DNA of 64,000 bases from Antedon mediterranea (GCF_964355755.1 NC_092672.1:34974437-35038436), one strand, 5' to 3'; shown: positions 1-14,391, numbered from the stretch's first letter. Made by a program: numbers and translations. Notes: generated from the sequence alone by a model not told the origin.

Positions 1-2570
1 ATAAATTACTATCAATAGCTGTCTCATTTGTGGCGTCTATCGACAACATCAACACACAATGTAAATTCCACGGCACTAATTAGCAAATTATAGCAAATTA
101 GAACAAATTATTCAATAGACAATAAATTACAAGACTCTGGAATGCAGAATATCTACAACTAGATGCATTCATTCGACCACAATCAGATATAAATAAATGA
201 TATTGATCATTTTTTAATTAATTAATTAAAATATTTAAAGCGTGTGCTTAATTTCAACAGTTCAAATTGTATACAATTCACAATAGAAGAAATATAAGAC
301 CGGTACATTAATTGTACTTTTTTAAATTGTGAAGCTGTAGTTTCGTGGTTAACGTGTTTGCTTTCCAATTTCAAGTTCCAAGGAATAAATTGTTACTCTT
401 AAAAACGAACTTTTCCAAATTTTGTGAAATACATTTCCATTTCAACCTCCTCTTTTAAATTACAGTCTAAAGTTAAATTTTCAGTGTTGTAACACAGAGG
501 ATGGGGTCCCTGGATTTAATCAGTGAGCGCTCATAGCCGTTACTAGACTGTTCATTTTTTTTAGAGCGAACCAGTCATGTGAATTCTTTTCTAATGTTCT
601 TTGTTTTTGTTACTTCTTCTACCAAATAAATGAAATAAAATTGGTACGGTAAGTCCTATCTCATTCTCAGGTTTTTAAAATATAAAATTTAGGTCAAAGT
701 TCATTTTTAAAGTGTGAACCCATATATGGATATTTGAACTACTGCATTTTCTATGTTCTTTTTTGCTATATCTTTACTTTTCTAAATGAAATTAAATTGG
801 TAAAGTCCTGTATTAGTTTTTATAATATTTGGGACCACTGAAAACTAATTATTTTGGTGAAACATATCGAAATGTTTTATTATGATAGCTTTTATATTTT
901 TATATCGTAATGTATATTGATTTGTTAAACTTCAATTTGTTAAACCAAGTTGCAATAAAGAATATGATTGAAATTTAAATTCACTTTGAAGCAGGAGGAG
1001 CAATAAATCAAGGGTAAACACCACAAGTTGATTGAAACACACAGACTAGAGTCATTAGGCACTTGTACAGAACCTTCTGGGATTTGCACTCATGCATTTC
1101 TAGTAGAGGAAATAGCCGGGTTAAAAACCACTTGAAATTGACCACAAAAACAGCCACAATTCTTCACAAAGAAATCATTCGTAAATGTGCACTAACTTTT
1201 TATTTTGAGAAAGTTGAATGAAGTGCAAGAAAAGGTAGGTTACATTGATAATTTGTTTTTAAAAATTTTAATTTATCTTTTGGATTCTGCCTATCCCACA
1301 ACTCATATTGCACATCCAAGCAGCATACACTACAAAATATTATGATTGCATTTGAAAAATATTTATAATAAAGACACTGAAAACAAAGCTTCTGTTTTGC
1401 AATCTGATTTTCAGCTGAATGATAAAAAGTAATAATTACTAAACTATAGAGGTCTCACTTCAAGAAATAGTCTTTATCACATCTTGTTCCTTGTTTACCA
1501 TTGACTAGCAACAGAATCACAATAATTTTATCATATAAAGACATTTTTTCCCAATTTTAGATTATCCTGCCAATTAATAAACCAAGATTAAACTCATACT
1601 TTGTATTTTGAATAAATATGTAATGAAACCATCAATTTATTGTTATAATTGTGAAACGTAATATTTTAAAATGATCATTATATTATTATTATAATTACCT
1701 GTACCATGGAGGTTTTCACCATGCCTGTACATTATTAAGCATACTTGTGCTTACTACAATAGGGTATACACTGCACATGCTTACAGTTACGTTTTTAAAT
1801 AAAACACAATGGAGGGAATCTTGCATTCAATACATCAGTCACACAAAATCTATTATTCACAGAATAAATTACATTAATTAACATGATTTTGAATTGGCAA
1901 AAATCATTGAGATTTTGCAATGATATAACCAAGAATAAACCTATTGATTCCTTCTGTCTAAATTTACGCATTGTTTGGTTTAATACTCATCAGGCAACAA
2001 TAGTATACACTTGTTTTACAAATCAAAATGGAGAATCTCATTTTGAACAAGAAAAATAAATCAGCCAACACCTATATACTCTCAGTCTCACCTAAACCTG
2101 TCACATTTCAAATACCCTAAATAGGAGCTTGTCTTTCATCAAATATATTCCTACATACCTTTCCAGATGTGACATTATCAGACGATTCATGCATGGTTGC
2201 CGCATCTAGACAACATTACACAAGAAAATTTAGAATTCTTTGAGCGACAAACAATAAAATCCTTACCATCATCTCATTTGTTTCCTCTCAGTTTTTTTTT
2301 GTTCGATTATTTGAGATCTGTCACAGTTTGTTGTGTCATTGTACAGGTGTTACTGTTTAGTCTTACTCGCGAACGGAATGTCGCACTCAATGTCAGCTAC
2401 TGCCAATTAGATCTCTTAAAGACACTAATTAATTAAATACTGTTAATAATTAATCACAAAAAAATAAAAAATAATAATAATCTAATTGGTAGAAAATTAA
2501 AAAATGGTTGATAATTGTCGCCATCAGAGAGTTAGCATATCATAACATTTGAACCATACTGTAGTATGAA

Positions 2571-2644
2571 AGCCCCAGTGGTCTAATGGTAGGGTGCCTG
2601 CATACAAAGCAGAAGACTCTGAGTTCAAATTTTGGTTGGGTCTC
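2571..2644 (+). pseudogene. Degenerate tRNA-like sequence / isolated SINE head
   Basis: TGGTCTAATGG A box, CTGC...GCAG anticodon-like stem and GAGTTCAAAT B-box-like motif; T and acceptor stems are broken. Confidence 0.45.
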
Positions 2645-3745
2645 TTTTTATCATTCTCACAGATTTCCATATCTTCACCATTTAAAAAAATTAATTAATT
2701 TCCAGTATATCAATAAAATTTGTACAGTAGTCATTAATTAACATTTTTATTGACAAGTTTATAAATTATTTCATTAATTTATCAACAAAAAAAAGCTAGC
2801 GTTCCTTGTAAATGATTTGAAATATTTGCTAATCACAGCATTGCAAATCTTTTTTGTCAGAAGACCATAGTAGAGAATATGACATGTCATCATTCGGGGC
2901 AACCATGAAATAGACCTTGTCTCTTGTGCTCTGCCTACCTACGTATTTGTTATTCAAAATTCATCTATTCTTCGTACACATCGAGTGTGTGGTTGTGTCA
3001 ATATTAGTAACGGCTGTGAGCAAACAATTCAAAAGAATGAAAAGCTTTTATCGCCTTTGAATTTAACTACGAGAAAAATTTTCACCTAAACCTCAAAATA
3101 TCTATTCCACAATTGTTAAAACATTCAAACGCCGCCCTACATTGTTGGCGGAGATAGTAAAAATTAACCAGTCTCCCTTGTGTACACTTAAGTATAAGTC
3201 AATGGTTTAATTATTGTTTAATATATTTGTTTTGCAATACCAAACATAATGTTGATCATATAGCTAATAGAGAAATATAGAGGTGACTAGATGTCGCTCA
3301 TAATGTTGTTGGTGACACACATGGGACATGAAACAAAATTTGAGAACAAACTTTGCGGAACCTACAGTACAATTGTTATACTTTGAATACGTTGACAATG
3401 ACAATTGTTTAAGAACATCTTGGAAATTCACACCTGTTGATGTATGTACTTATTGAAGAAATTAAAGAGATATTAAAGATAATTACAACAATGAACACTT
3501 TACACCTTTTCGGTATCGTGCTTAGTTTAGTTACTTTAGCACCTGCGTGAGATACGTAATCTCTTGAAATTGAATTAATCTTATCCCAGATAATCTATTA
3601 AGTAAACTCATCAAAAGTAACACTGTTCACTGTTGTATAGTGCTCTGTTTATCAAAACCTTGTTTGTAGGTTACTGTTAATGTTCTTGTGTCCGTCTTAT
3701 TCTGAAGACACATGGCCATCATTGACAGATACTTACAAGTAAGTA

Positions 3746-4548
3746 CCGTATATTTCGGTGTATAAGTCGCACCTGTGTATAAGATTAAGACGCACCCCCT
3801 AACTGAGAGTAAAATATCGGTATTTTTTATATCGTCGATGTATAAGACGCACCCTATATTTCATCAAAACAATGTTTTTTTAAATTGTAATCAATATTAT
3901 TGTAATAATATATTTTGTTATATCTACAACGGCGCCCAGCCTCAACAAGTTCTTTCTAACTTGTTATTCATGAGTTTCGCCGCAACATCGAGTGCATGAC
4001 CATGTGTGTACGTCTGTGGGCTAGCCTCGCTCGATCATTTCGAGAGGGCGCACGTTTTAACGGACAATCGTATTCGATTAGTATCTATGTATCCGAGAAG
4101 TGTGTACGCTAGGTCCATGCTATAATCACCTGGAGAATATACTAGTCGAATACCGTACACCATGTGGCCACCAAAAGAAGGGCTTGCGCTGGGGGTACGG
4201 CGATCGTGCGTATAACTACTGTATAAATAAATACTATTCCAATCGTACGTGTAAACGTTTACAAATGAAATTTTATCGGAGCGCCATAATGAACAAATCT
4301 TTTCATCATATTTAGTATAACATCATGCTAAAATGACTTGAAAACTAGGCAGAAGCAGGTTGCCGTTACGTTAGTTAGTTACTTTAGCTAGGCCTAGCTT
4401 ACTCAGGCCTAGCAAACGAGGTGACGATAGCCTAGGCCTATGTACAATCTGTGTGGTGAGGCATTTATGTTCGGTGTATACCACGCACCCTTAATTTAGA
4501 GGTCAAATTTGCGTGTCAAAAGTGCGACTTATACACCGAAATATACGG
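3746..4548. mobile_element. Tc1/mariner-pogo-like non-autonomous element (MITE)
   Basis: Perfect TIR CCGTATATTTCGGTGTATAAGTCGCAC at both ends, flanked by TA, with internal repeats of the GTATAAGACGCACC motif. Confidence 0.85.
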
Positions 4549-5774
4549 TACTTACTTACTTACTTACAGTATCAGTTGACTTCACTGCTGGTGTACTTGA
4601 GATCTACATTTATACAATGCTATACACTTTTATGTTAATATATTAATTAATATAACTTGGAGAATAAGAGCTACGTTACTTATTAAAATATTTAAATTGT
4701 ACTAGAGATCAAGTTACCCAGGGTTGGGCACTGATTGGAGAGAAGAAAGAGAAACCATGTTTAAAATATCAGTGTTGATGCTTTTAAATGAAAACACCAA
4801 AACAAAAACAGTAGTATGATTGAATGAGGTATACCGAAATAATGATGTGTAGTATTTGGCTGTCACACAGGCGGAAAATTCTAAAGTATTTTCTATAGTA
4901 ATCAACTGAACAGGTTAACCTTTGACAATAATTTACCTATTTAAATTCAAAACATTTTCTTAACTAATTACTGTTTAATTTTCAGGACACACAAAACACC
5001 AGGATCATGACCTTTTTTTGTGATTGTAAATTGTGTTTCTAAATCTGTTTAAAATATATAACTATGATTAAGGTCTTTTAAAATGTATTATCAAGTACTT
5101 ATAAACTTGTTTGTCTCCTAATAGCCTACAGTAAAATTTAAAGGTTTCTTTATGGTTTAGGTGCTTGGTGTTAATAGTTCATTGGCTAGAAGCAAAACCA
5201 AACATCGATAGTATTACAAAATCATTGACTTGGATGCAATTAAGTGATCAAAATTATGTATAATGCTGTGAAAAAAAATGTTAAGCTTGAATTTTGAATT
5301 ATATTTGAGTGATTTAGTAAATTTTCTCATGGCTAGGTTACAGAGTTTTACTGTAGCTAGGATGCCAAAATCTTTGGTGGCAGGATCCTTCAATTGATAC
5401 TAGATTTAGTATGAAGAGGCTTTAGGATGCTGTAACAGTACTGTTACAAATGAAATGATATTAAATTTGCATTAAGTTGCAAGCACTAGCAAGTGATCAA
5501 TACTATTACATGCAAGTCCTTGAAATTAGATTGCTAATAACATTTAAGACTTTAGTGTAAACACAAACATTTAATAAGCTTTCATTAAAGCTGTAACATG
5601 GTAATCAAAGGATAACATGACGGAGGTGAAATGACGGAGGTGAAATGAAGAAGGCAGAAATTAATACAGCATCAACAACAAAAATGTTGTTAAGAAACAT
5701 TATTATGCCTTCTACAAATAACATTACAACTTTTTTGATAATATTGTGTGGTGGAAATCCACCTTTCATTATAA

Positions 5775-5921
5775 AGCTCGGTCTACACTATTAAATTTTA
5801 TGTGACAAAAAAATGTGATGTGCCCATATATGGACAAGAAGATGTCATATTACTACCATATTTAAGCATATCACTACCATATTTGGGCACATCAAACTAG
5901 TTTGATAGTGTAGACAGAGCT
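5775..5921. mobile_element. Harbinger-type MITE family H1 (TIR AGCTCTGTCTACACTATCAAACT; internal 21-bp repeat), representative copy
   Basis: TAA...TAA TSD. Other copies at about 9139-9298, 11274-11477, 17150-17453, 21001-21457, 33437-33689, 34698-34898, 42075-42212, 42395-42523, 43490-43622, 43855-43992, 45120-45222, 47426-47578, 49682-49826, 51259-51425, 52446-52585, 52868-53002, 54293-54431, 56656-56850 and 63299-63435. Confidence 0.88.
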
Positions 5922-5970
5922 TAAGATAACCTTGTATTTTGAGTATAGCAGAACCCTTCCTTTTAGGACA

Positions 5971-6535
5971 TTTATTTTTTATTTATTTATTACCATCTTT
6001 ACTGAGGGTAGCCTATCCAGTTCCTAATGGAACTGATCATTTAGGGCCCTCAATAAACATACAATACATACAGTAAAACACATTAAATATTAAATATTCA
6101 AATGACATAATATAGGCCTAAAAATTTACAATGGTTATAAAATGCATATAAAAGTTAAAATCGTTGACAGATAAAATATATATATACACAGTACAAACAA
6201 TATTATTAGCTGGAAATAAATTCTTTAAGTTCACGTTTAAAGGAAATAATATTTTCAGATTGTCGAATGATTTTAGGAATCATATTAAAATACATAGGCG
6301 CTTTATAACTGAAACATTGTTTAAAAATTTCTAATGAAGGTCGAGGAACAATATAATTACAATTAGAGTATGGATCTGGTTGTTGGTCGACCTCCGGGCT
6401 GAGTCCTGGTTAACATGCGACTGATGTAATCCGGAACGGTATTGATGGAAGCCCGATAGGCGAGACAACCAAGTTGAAACTGATAACGTTGAGAAACGGA
6501 TGAGATGGAATCAACTCTATCACTTTCCCTCAAAA
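5971..6535 (-). mobile_element. 5'-truncated L2/CR1-group LINE 3' end, inserted in a small CAG(T)AGAACC-ended MITE
   Basis: ORF2 C-terminal remnant QRYQFQLGCLAYRASINTVPDYISRML...TTRS; 3' tail GAGGGCCCT-hairpin-GGCTACCCTC followed by (AAAT)n. Confidence 0.75.
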
Positions 6536-7202
6536 TAAAGGGGAAATTAATATGCTTGATGGCCAACAACTATTCACAGGACACCCCAACATTGTTGGGA
6601 ACCAAAGGTGTCCCTTACAGAGGTTCTACTGTCATTTTACAACCAAATACACTGGTTTGGGCGAGCTGACTTAAACCAAGTCTGTGGCTTAAAAATTAAT
6701 TTAATGATGTTACATTATCCTTAACAACTGTTACAATTAATTTTTTGAAATCTGAATCAATTTTCCTCTAAAATTACAATGGTACACCCACTGTTAACAT
6801 TTCCTATAGCAATTCCCATTGCAACGTTTAGCATGCTGTAACCATGGTGACGTCTATTTCTCCCAATGGCTATAGCCTCATGTGTAGAACAATCACTTGT
6901 ATAATCTGTCAGTTTTCCTATTCATTACCTACCTTGGGATGAATAATAGTTCAAATATTGAGGCTGAAATGACTGGAGCTCTGCAGTATTTAACTTTTGT
7001 TTGTATAATTTATTTTACTATATTTCAAGATTTATTAGGTCAAATTGTTCACATAAATTTAAACACTGACCTTGTACACCCCCTTCTGGATCAATCTTTT
7101 TTTTATTTCATAGAAATTTACATTTATATTATTAGTTAATAAACCATAAATGACAGGTCAATTTAACTTACAATTAATATTATGTGAGATTGTTTTTAAC
7201 AA

Positions 7203-7523
7203 TGAAATTGAATTGAAATTGAAATATATATTTATACTGGGTAACCTCTTCAGTCAAAGACTGGTCTCCCAGAGGGCCCAGTTGGTGATCAGTGGCTGTG
7301 ATGTACTAATACACCGGGGTAACCCGCTACTCGTCTCGAAAGATGTACTAGGTTTTTTAAAGTGCACACAAGCTAGATGTACACTGGACCTACGGTTTAT
7401 AGTCCTTATCCGAGAAGACTCGTTCTACCACCAGAACCATGGAGTGAGTGAGCCTCGAACCCCTGCCGATGTTATGGCTACGTAATTACGGTTCCACTGT
7501 CTTAACCGCTCGGCCACTCACTC
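7203..7523 (-). mobile_element. tRNA-derived SINE family A (Deu/Nin-like core, L2-type tail)
   Basis: A box TGGCCGAGCGG, B box GGTTCGAGGC, core TCTCGGATAAGGACTATAAACCGTAGGTCC and a (TTCAA)n tail. A near-identical copy lies at 50111-50434. Confidence 0.85.
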
Positions 7524-7559
7524 AATCTACATACAATAAACTAGAAACTAAAGAGTTAA

Positions 7560-7827
7560 AGATGTATTGTCCCCAAAAACATGAAAAAAGAAGATCAATA
7601 AAAAAAGACTTTCAATAGACCATCAATTCTGTAGAAAAAAATGTTGTTTTCACTTATAAAAAGACAAAACAAACAGTTGAATTAAACCAAAAATCCATGG
7701 ACTTCCAATTTTTTTTTTCCCGATCCTATTTTTGATCAAAGTAAACAGTATTATTTGATATTAAAATGGCATACAGGTATTAAAACAAAATTTTAACAAA
7801 TTATTTTTTCAAGGGGACAGTATATCT
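7560..7827. mobile_element. Kolobok-like MITE (TTAA-flanked; TIR AGATGTATTGTCCCC)
   Basis: Same termini at 50805-51119, 55268-55488 and 63562-63789; degenerate copies at ~35415-35770 and ~23800-24020. Confidence 0.7.
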
Positions 7828-8411
7828 TTATCTATATCTAAGCAACACTAATTTATGTAAAATATATATTCAACAGAGTGAGATACAGTAATACTGCTAG
7901 CACAATTGAAAGGAATTGGACAAAGTCGAAGCAAAGTTAGGTTAATTTCACCATTATTAGGCAAAATCCTGGATCTACCGCTTATTTTCCTCTATACTCT
8001 TATTGTCCTAGACCAGATAACACAGTCCTACAGATGGGATGTCAAGCTGTTGGTCCTATATTTACATGTTGAAGGAACTTTTCAAAAAGAGTAGATCGTT
8101 TCCTGTTGTGCTAAACTGTGGCTCAATACTGTGACTACTGTACTATTACTAAAGATTACCTATGACAAAATTGAACTATGAAGTTTGTACATAAACACAA
8201 TGGCAAACATACTTCTGTAAGAATCGTGTTGTTTATGTTACAAAGCAATGTTCATGTTATCCTATGTTGCAAATGTGCCTAGTAATGTAAACAACATTTA
8301 GTACATCATTCATTGGTCCATTCCAATGTGATGATTAACATTACACAGGAAGATAGGTCTCAAATATATGCTTGTTTTTTTTCACTGTATGAATAATAAA
8401 ATACTTTCTAT

Positions 8412-8711
8412 GGTCCTGTTTCTGCTGCATAAAAATAACCGGTTAAAAACGGTGTGAATAAATTAACTCCAATTTCTTGGGAGCAGAAACATGACAATTT
8501 TGTGGTAACCGGTTAAAAGGCAACGCAAAATAACCGGTTAAAAATACCCATTCAAGACAGTTAATGCTGGGCAAATTTTAGCTTCAACACCAAATAACGG
8601 TTATTTGATTGACAGCTGATGACCTCATCTTAGCAAAAAATAAACAGAAATGCAGTCATTACAATTTTTAAATAGTCGATTTATTTGGTGCTATGCAGCA
8701 GAAACAGACCC
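8412..8711. mobile_element. Harbinger-type MITE family H2 (internally deleted derivative of 22131-23764)
   Basis: Termini (G)GTCCTGTTTCTGCTGCATAAAAAATAACCGG and GCAGCAGAAACAGACCC. Confidence 0.8.
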
Positions 8712-9366
8712 TAAAACATCCTATTGGGTTTTTCCGGTTCACCTGTTCCAATTGCTATTTTGAAATGATCATCAAAGGTAATATGACATCACTATGCGTG
8801 ACATTTGACATTTTCACAGATAGTAGGCTCATCTTTTAATCCTATACTCATCATCATTGCAACGCACTAAGTGCGTACACATTGAATCATTCACACATTA
8901 ATGTTTGATAGCTTTCTGACAGCTAATGTAATTTAATTTCATAAAATGTAGGTAGGTTCACATGTTGGAAGTAGGACAAGCTGATGTTAGTGTGAACAGC
9001 ACTTAATAGTATGAGATCTATGGAAAGTACTCTATGGACATTCTGAATGTTGTTGTTCAATCAAGATGATTCAGACATTATAGTAGAAGTTCTTTAGAAT
9101 GGAGAATAATACTTCTACTTAGTCAATCCAAAGTTTAAAGCTCTGTCTACATTATCAAACTTTATGTGACAAAAAAATGTGAGGTGCCCATACATGATGA
9201 CATGATGATATATCATATCACTACCATATTTGCGGATATAACTACCAGATTTGAGCACATCTCATTTGTCAAACTAGTTTGATAGTGTAGACAGAGCATT
9301 AAAGGGAATAGGGATATTCGTCTCCGATACTCCCTTGTAAAAAGCAAAAAAAATTCATCCACCTAC

Positions 9367-9681
9367 CTTTGACCATTTTGGATTAAGTTCCTTCGCATGA
9401 ACAGCGTCTTGAAGAGCGTCCTCATACTGTTTAATTTTCACGTAAGCTGCTGAACGATTGCTGAAGAGGACATGGTTGGATGGATCGAGCTGAATAGCTT
9501 CAGTGTACAAAGAGACAGCGAGGGGGTAATCGCAAGCCTGACAGGCCTCGTTGCTAAGCCGAACCTTCTCCTGGAAGAGTATTCGCTTGTCCTCCATACT
9601 GGATCCGATGCTGTCTATGTGGCTACTACTAGAGTGGCACGAACTAGAGCTGTCATTCTCGTATCCCTTAGGAGACTTTCT
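9367..9681 (-). CDS. TTC28: TPR repeat protein 28, exon 2; gene continues beyond the left edge of the window
   Basis: 315-nt open exon between a tttcAG acceptor and an AAG|GTAGGT donor. The peptide FQEKVRLSNEACQACDYPLAVSLYTEAIQLDPSNHVLFSNRSAAYVKIKQYEDALQDAVHAKELNPKWSK closely matches the recalled N-terminal TPRs of human TTC28 (FVEKVRQSNQAC...LYSNRSAAYMK...LNPKWPK). Confidence 0.9.
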
Positions 9682-11989
9682 CTGAAAGTAAAATGATTTT
9701 AATGATTATTGTTTAACAAAGACATTTAATCATTGAACAGAACAGACATGAACATCTGATAAAATGAACATCATACTGCTCTCTTAGGAATCATTAGTAT
9801 CATTTTAAATTAATAACTCGTATTAAATTTCAGTTTGTGATATATAGAACTTATTTCAAAGTTACACCGTCATTTCTTCTTTAATTTGTTCATTAAACTA
9901 AAAATAATATTAATAGAACAAAGCATTTAAAAATGATGATATTGTAATAATATTGTACCCTAGAGTTTAAATCTAAAATTCATTTTGACAGACAAGCGAT
10001 GCATTAACAACTAATTAACAGCAAATCATCGCCACTAACAGGCTGGTGGTATTCGATAATGTAGATATAAATTACCACTGAGAATGTTAACATAAAAAAA
10101 AATGTGTAAGCTTTCATGTAAGATTATTTCTTTGTAAAATGGATCCAAAAGAAGGGCGATATCCTGGTGCCTCATAATATAATTGGATCGGAAGGTTACA
10201 AATAGGCTAAAAGAATTAAATCCTTTTAGTAATTTTTCACTTCAGTTAACTTGTCACATCTTCAAATTCTGTGAACCCACTTGCATAAAATTGCATCTCA
10301 ATTATCTGATGTATCCAACACAACACTCTTCCCAAAGGAATATCCTAATTATGACCCATCACAAGTACATTGGTTCCCTGTGGAATAGGTTATCACCTGT
10401 ATGAGGTATCTAAATTCCATTTTTAATTAACCTTTCTATTCTGCTCCTACAGGTACAATAATTTGTGGAAAATGGTGACAGACGAAAAGCATCTTAACTT
10501 TTTACAGAGATTTCCCTAATGACAATATTTTTGACAATGGATGGATGGGTTTAACTGTATCTCTTGTGTACAGTACTTCAATAAATATACACACAGTATG
10601 GAAAGCCATTTGGGTTAAATATTTTGGGAAAATGCATATACAGTATCAAATATATAAAAAAAAAATTTTTTTGGTGGAGATTTACTGTATTGGTTATAAT
10701 ATGTTAGGAATGAAAATCCATAAACATTTCAAATATGGTATAGAATGCGTTCAAATGGAAACTGTAAATATTTTAATAATGAAAAAGTTATTTACAATTA
10801 TACTGACTGTATCATTATTATCATGGATTTCCACCAAATGAATTTGTTTACAATGATACAGTACAATGTACGTTATAGATCTCAATCTGTCTGAATATTT
10901 GCGTTGTTAATCTTATCCCTTTAGGGCTTCAGACTAAAAGTCACTAAACTTACATTGGTAAGGATGATTACCTTTACATGTCAAAGGTCAAGTTATATCC
11001 CCCTTAGCAATCAATATATTAATCCGAAATGTCATCTGATTTAAATCAGTAGTAACACCAGATTTACACCGTGAATAAAATCACGAAGAAAGAACCAAAG
11101 TGTCTCCAGAGTTTTGGCGATGTGAAAAGGGTTTGATACAGCTTTTGAAAAGTGAGACAACAATTGTTATCTCCGCCAAAATGGCGAGATGTAATGCAGT
11201 TGTGTTTGTTTCTTTCTTCTGTATTTGTTGAGTTAGCAGGATTACTCAAAAAGTTACTGCCTGATTTTCATAAAGCTTTGTCTACACTATCAAACTTTAT
11301 GCGAAAACAAAATGTGATATGCCCATATATGGACATGATGATGTCATATCACTACCATATGTGGGCATATCACTACCATATTTGGGCATATCACTACCCT
11401 ATTTGGGCATATCACTACCATATTTGGGCACAATCACACTATTTTTGTCAAACTAGTTTGATAGTGTAGACAGAACTTTAGCTTTTACAGGATGGTTTCA
11501 TAGCATTCATTTTAAAAATATATAATATAATGATAAAATGGTATGCCTAGGCGAAGGTTTGCGCTTTCTGAGCTCCAGTTAAGACAAGTTTTTAAAATAT
11601 ACAATACAGTAGGTTATTTTTTTTGTCAAGAGGTTTACACTTCTGTGTTTGTGCCATTGGTTCTTTCTTGGGATGTTTGCCAAATATTTATTAAATGTAA
11701 ATTAATGTCGGCATTAACTTGTGATTGGCAGACATTTCTGTAAAATGTCAACATCATCAAATGTAAAATGCATGTTAACAAAATATTCCTCAGGCTTGAG
11801 TAGATTAAAGATCAAAGTCCTCTTAAGGTTGATGTATTGTAGTGATTATTACAATGAACTTCATCTGCCCTTTCCCAGACAAAATTAAAATGTTTACATT
11901 TTTTATGTATAATAAAATATGATATCAATATTAAGTAAAGCTTAATAGGGACATGACAAACTTTCCTCTTATAATAATAATATAATAAT

Positions 11990-12289
11990 ACCACATTTAT
12001 ATAGCGCCCTTTTCATGAGTAATCATGCTCAAAGGCGCTTTACAAGCATTATTACCCCAGTATTTTTTTGGGATCAAACACGTATGGAAACATACTCCCA
12101 TAATGCAGCCGGTAACCAGCGCAAAGTTGTGTCTTGATCTAACTGGGTACCCATTTATACACCTGGGTGGAGATAGGCAACGTAAGTAAAGTATCTTGCC
12201 TACGGATACAAGCAATGCGGCGAGAGTTGGATTCGAACCTAGGTCTGACGATCGGTAGTCCAACGTCCAACACACTGCGCCACACGCCC
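11990..12289 (-). mobile_element. tRNA-derived SINE family C
   Basis: Head GGGCGTGTGGCGCAGTG...GGTTCGAATCC, core CCACCCAGGTGTATAAATGGGTACC and an L2-like tail AGCGCC...GGCGCTATATAAA. Confidence 0.8.
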
Positions 12290-14391
12290 TTAATAGAGGT
12301 GTTACCTCATTTAGGGATTTATTGTATATTGCTCTTCATTCTTTTTATAGAAAAATACCTGAAAAGTATACTAATATATTTTTATTTTAACCCACACTAA
12401 CTTTTTTAACATTTACACTGTACAACTTCTGTAGTTATCAAATTGTTGTTGCAATTGGGTGCTATCACAACACATTACTGTATACAGACACACTAATGAA
12501 AAGATACAGTATGAATGTTCATACTTTAAAAGGGTACTGTATACTGTAGGCAAGTTGGCCCAAAGTATATCTAGTTAATAAGTGTAGTATAGTACATAAC
12601 AATGCACTTAGAATTAATTTAAAATATTAAGAGTATAAATGATGATAAAGTTTAATAACCCTCTAAATCTATTATTATTGTATTTTATTGGCTAAAACTT
12701 GACAAAATCTACCTTTAACTGGACAATCAAATGTACTTTGTATATTCTATACTGTCATTGTCCAGACAATCATCATTTTTTAAGTATTTTGTCAAAATGT
12801 AGGTTTGGTTCAATCGTATATTGACAATAAAAGCAAACCAGATATTTTTACAGCTTGTTTAGTCAGCAGTATAGGAATAGATTATGTTTTAACAATGTAG
12901 TAATATTTCCCTATCTTGTTATAGATTTATATCTTTACAATGATGGATCAGTTAAGATTATCTCAAGATCATTGAGTGAGTGCGAAGCGCGATTTTTTGA
13001 GTGGAATCCTCATATTTCTTGTATTCTGTCTTATTGAACTAAAGATATGGGTTCTACTACTTGTATTGATTAATGTTATATTTTTCCCATTTACAGTAAG
13101 CATGTTGAATTGTTAACTCATTAACTGTCTTATCCAACTTATATCTATAAGAAAAATGAATTCAATGACAGCCAAACAAGAATATGCAATCATTCGTATC
13201 CAGGTAAAGCTAGGCTCAAATAAACAAAACAATCTGCTGAAAAACACTTTGTTGTGTTATGTACTGTAAACTACAACAACCAACAAACAATGGAATATTT
13301 CTGCCCAGAGCAAATAAGCCTTGATGTAATATAATGAAACAGAAACTTTAATTTAAAACATTGATAAGAATATCTGGCCAAACAAAGACATGGACAGGAA
13401 AAAGCCAAAAATATTTGTATCATATAGTACAAAGCTTCAAAAAGCCATTTCCATTTTAAAAATATAATAAATAAAAATGCCCACAGCAGCTTGAAATATT
13501 AAAATGATTAGCCTTGAAAATCAGGTATAATTATATGAAACATAAACATCGAATATAAATTTAACATATTATTATGGTTTTTATTGCATGTCCTACAGGA
13601 TGAAATTACAACTTTATTTCAGAATTATAAGATTCACTTGCAGACTCTAATATTATAGTAATAATAATGTACATTGTTAAATAATATATAGTGTTTTTAA
13701 ATATTGTAATTAATTATTTTTATATGAAACGTTTTATATATTTTTGTACTATATTGTGAAAAGCACTCAAAATATTTTCCTATGTGGACGAAATAAAGTT
13801 ATCAATCAATAATATTATCTGAATTTTTTTCCATCAAATTTTTTTTGGAATGCTAAAAAAAAATCTATATTTAACTTTACACAGGTTAAAATTCTGATAT
13901 AAAGTTGTAGATGAATATGAGTTTCATTAATTTGTTTTCATCAAACACAAGAAAACAAACAAAAAAACCTATAAATTTAAAACTTAACCACTAGAATTAC
14001 AACTTTGGCATTTTTTTTTTTGTAATGCTAACCGTACAAACAAAAATTCTATATTTAACTTTTAAGGAAACATGAAAAGTAAATGAATGAGAATGAAATC
14101 AAAGTACCACATTCATCATAATCAAATCTTTACATATATTATATTGGAAAAATTTATTTATGAGGTCTGCAACCAGTTAATTTTTTTCAATTTTCATGTG
14201 CATGCACTTTTGAATTGTCTTGCTTTTTCGGCTGCTTATGCAGAGGTCCCAACTTGGAAAAGTCCATTCGCAGGAGATTTTGCCGTGAACCACATTCAAT
14301 TCATCGGGGCGTCGAAAGTCAACGCGCGGGGAATCGAAAATCAACACGCGTGTCGTTTAGGTCTCTTAATTAACTAAATATGTTACATATA

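Noticed and set aside
7150-7485. 111-aa ORF with 'paralogs' at 21126 and 50125
   Set aside because: Antisense reading of SINE family A copies.
1-9366. TTC28 exon 3 (expected to begin AYxRQGVAL-like) or nested genes
   Set aside because: No such peptide with valid splice sites was found by eye; short ORFs here look like AT-rich noise or TE fragments.
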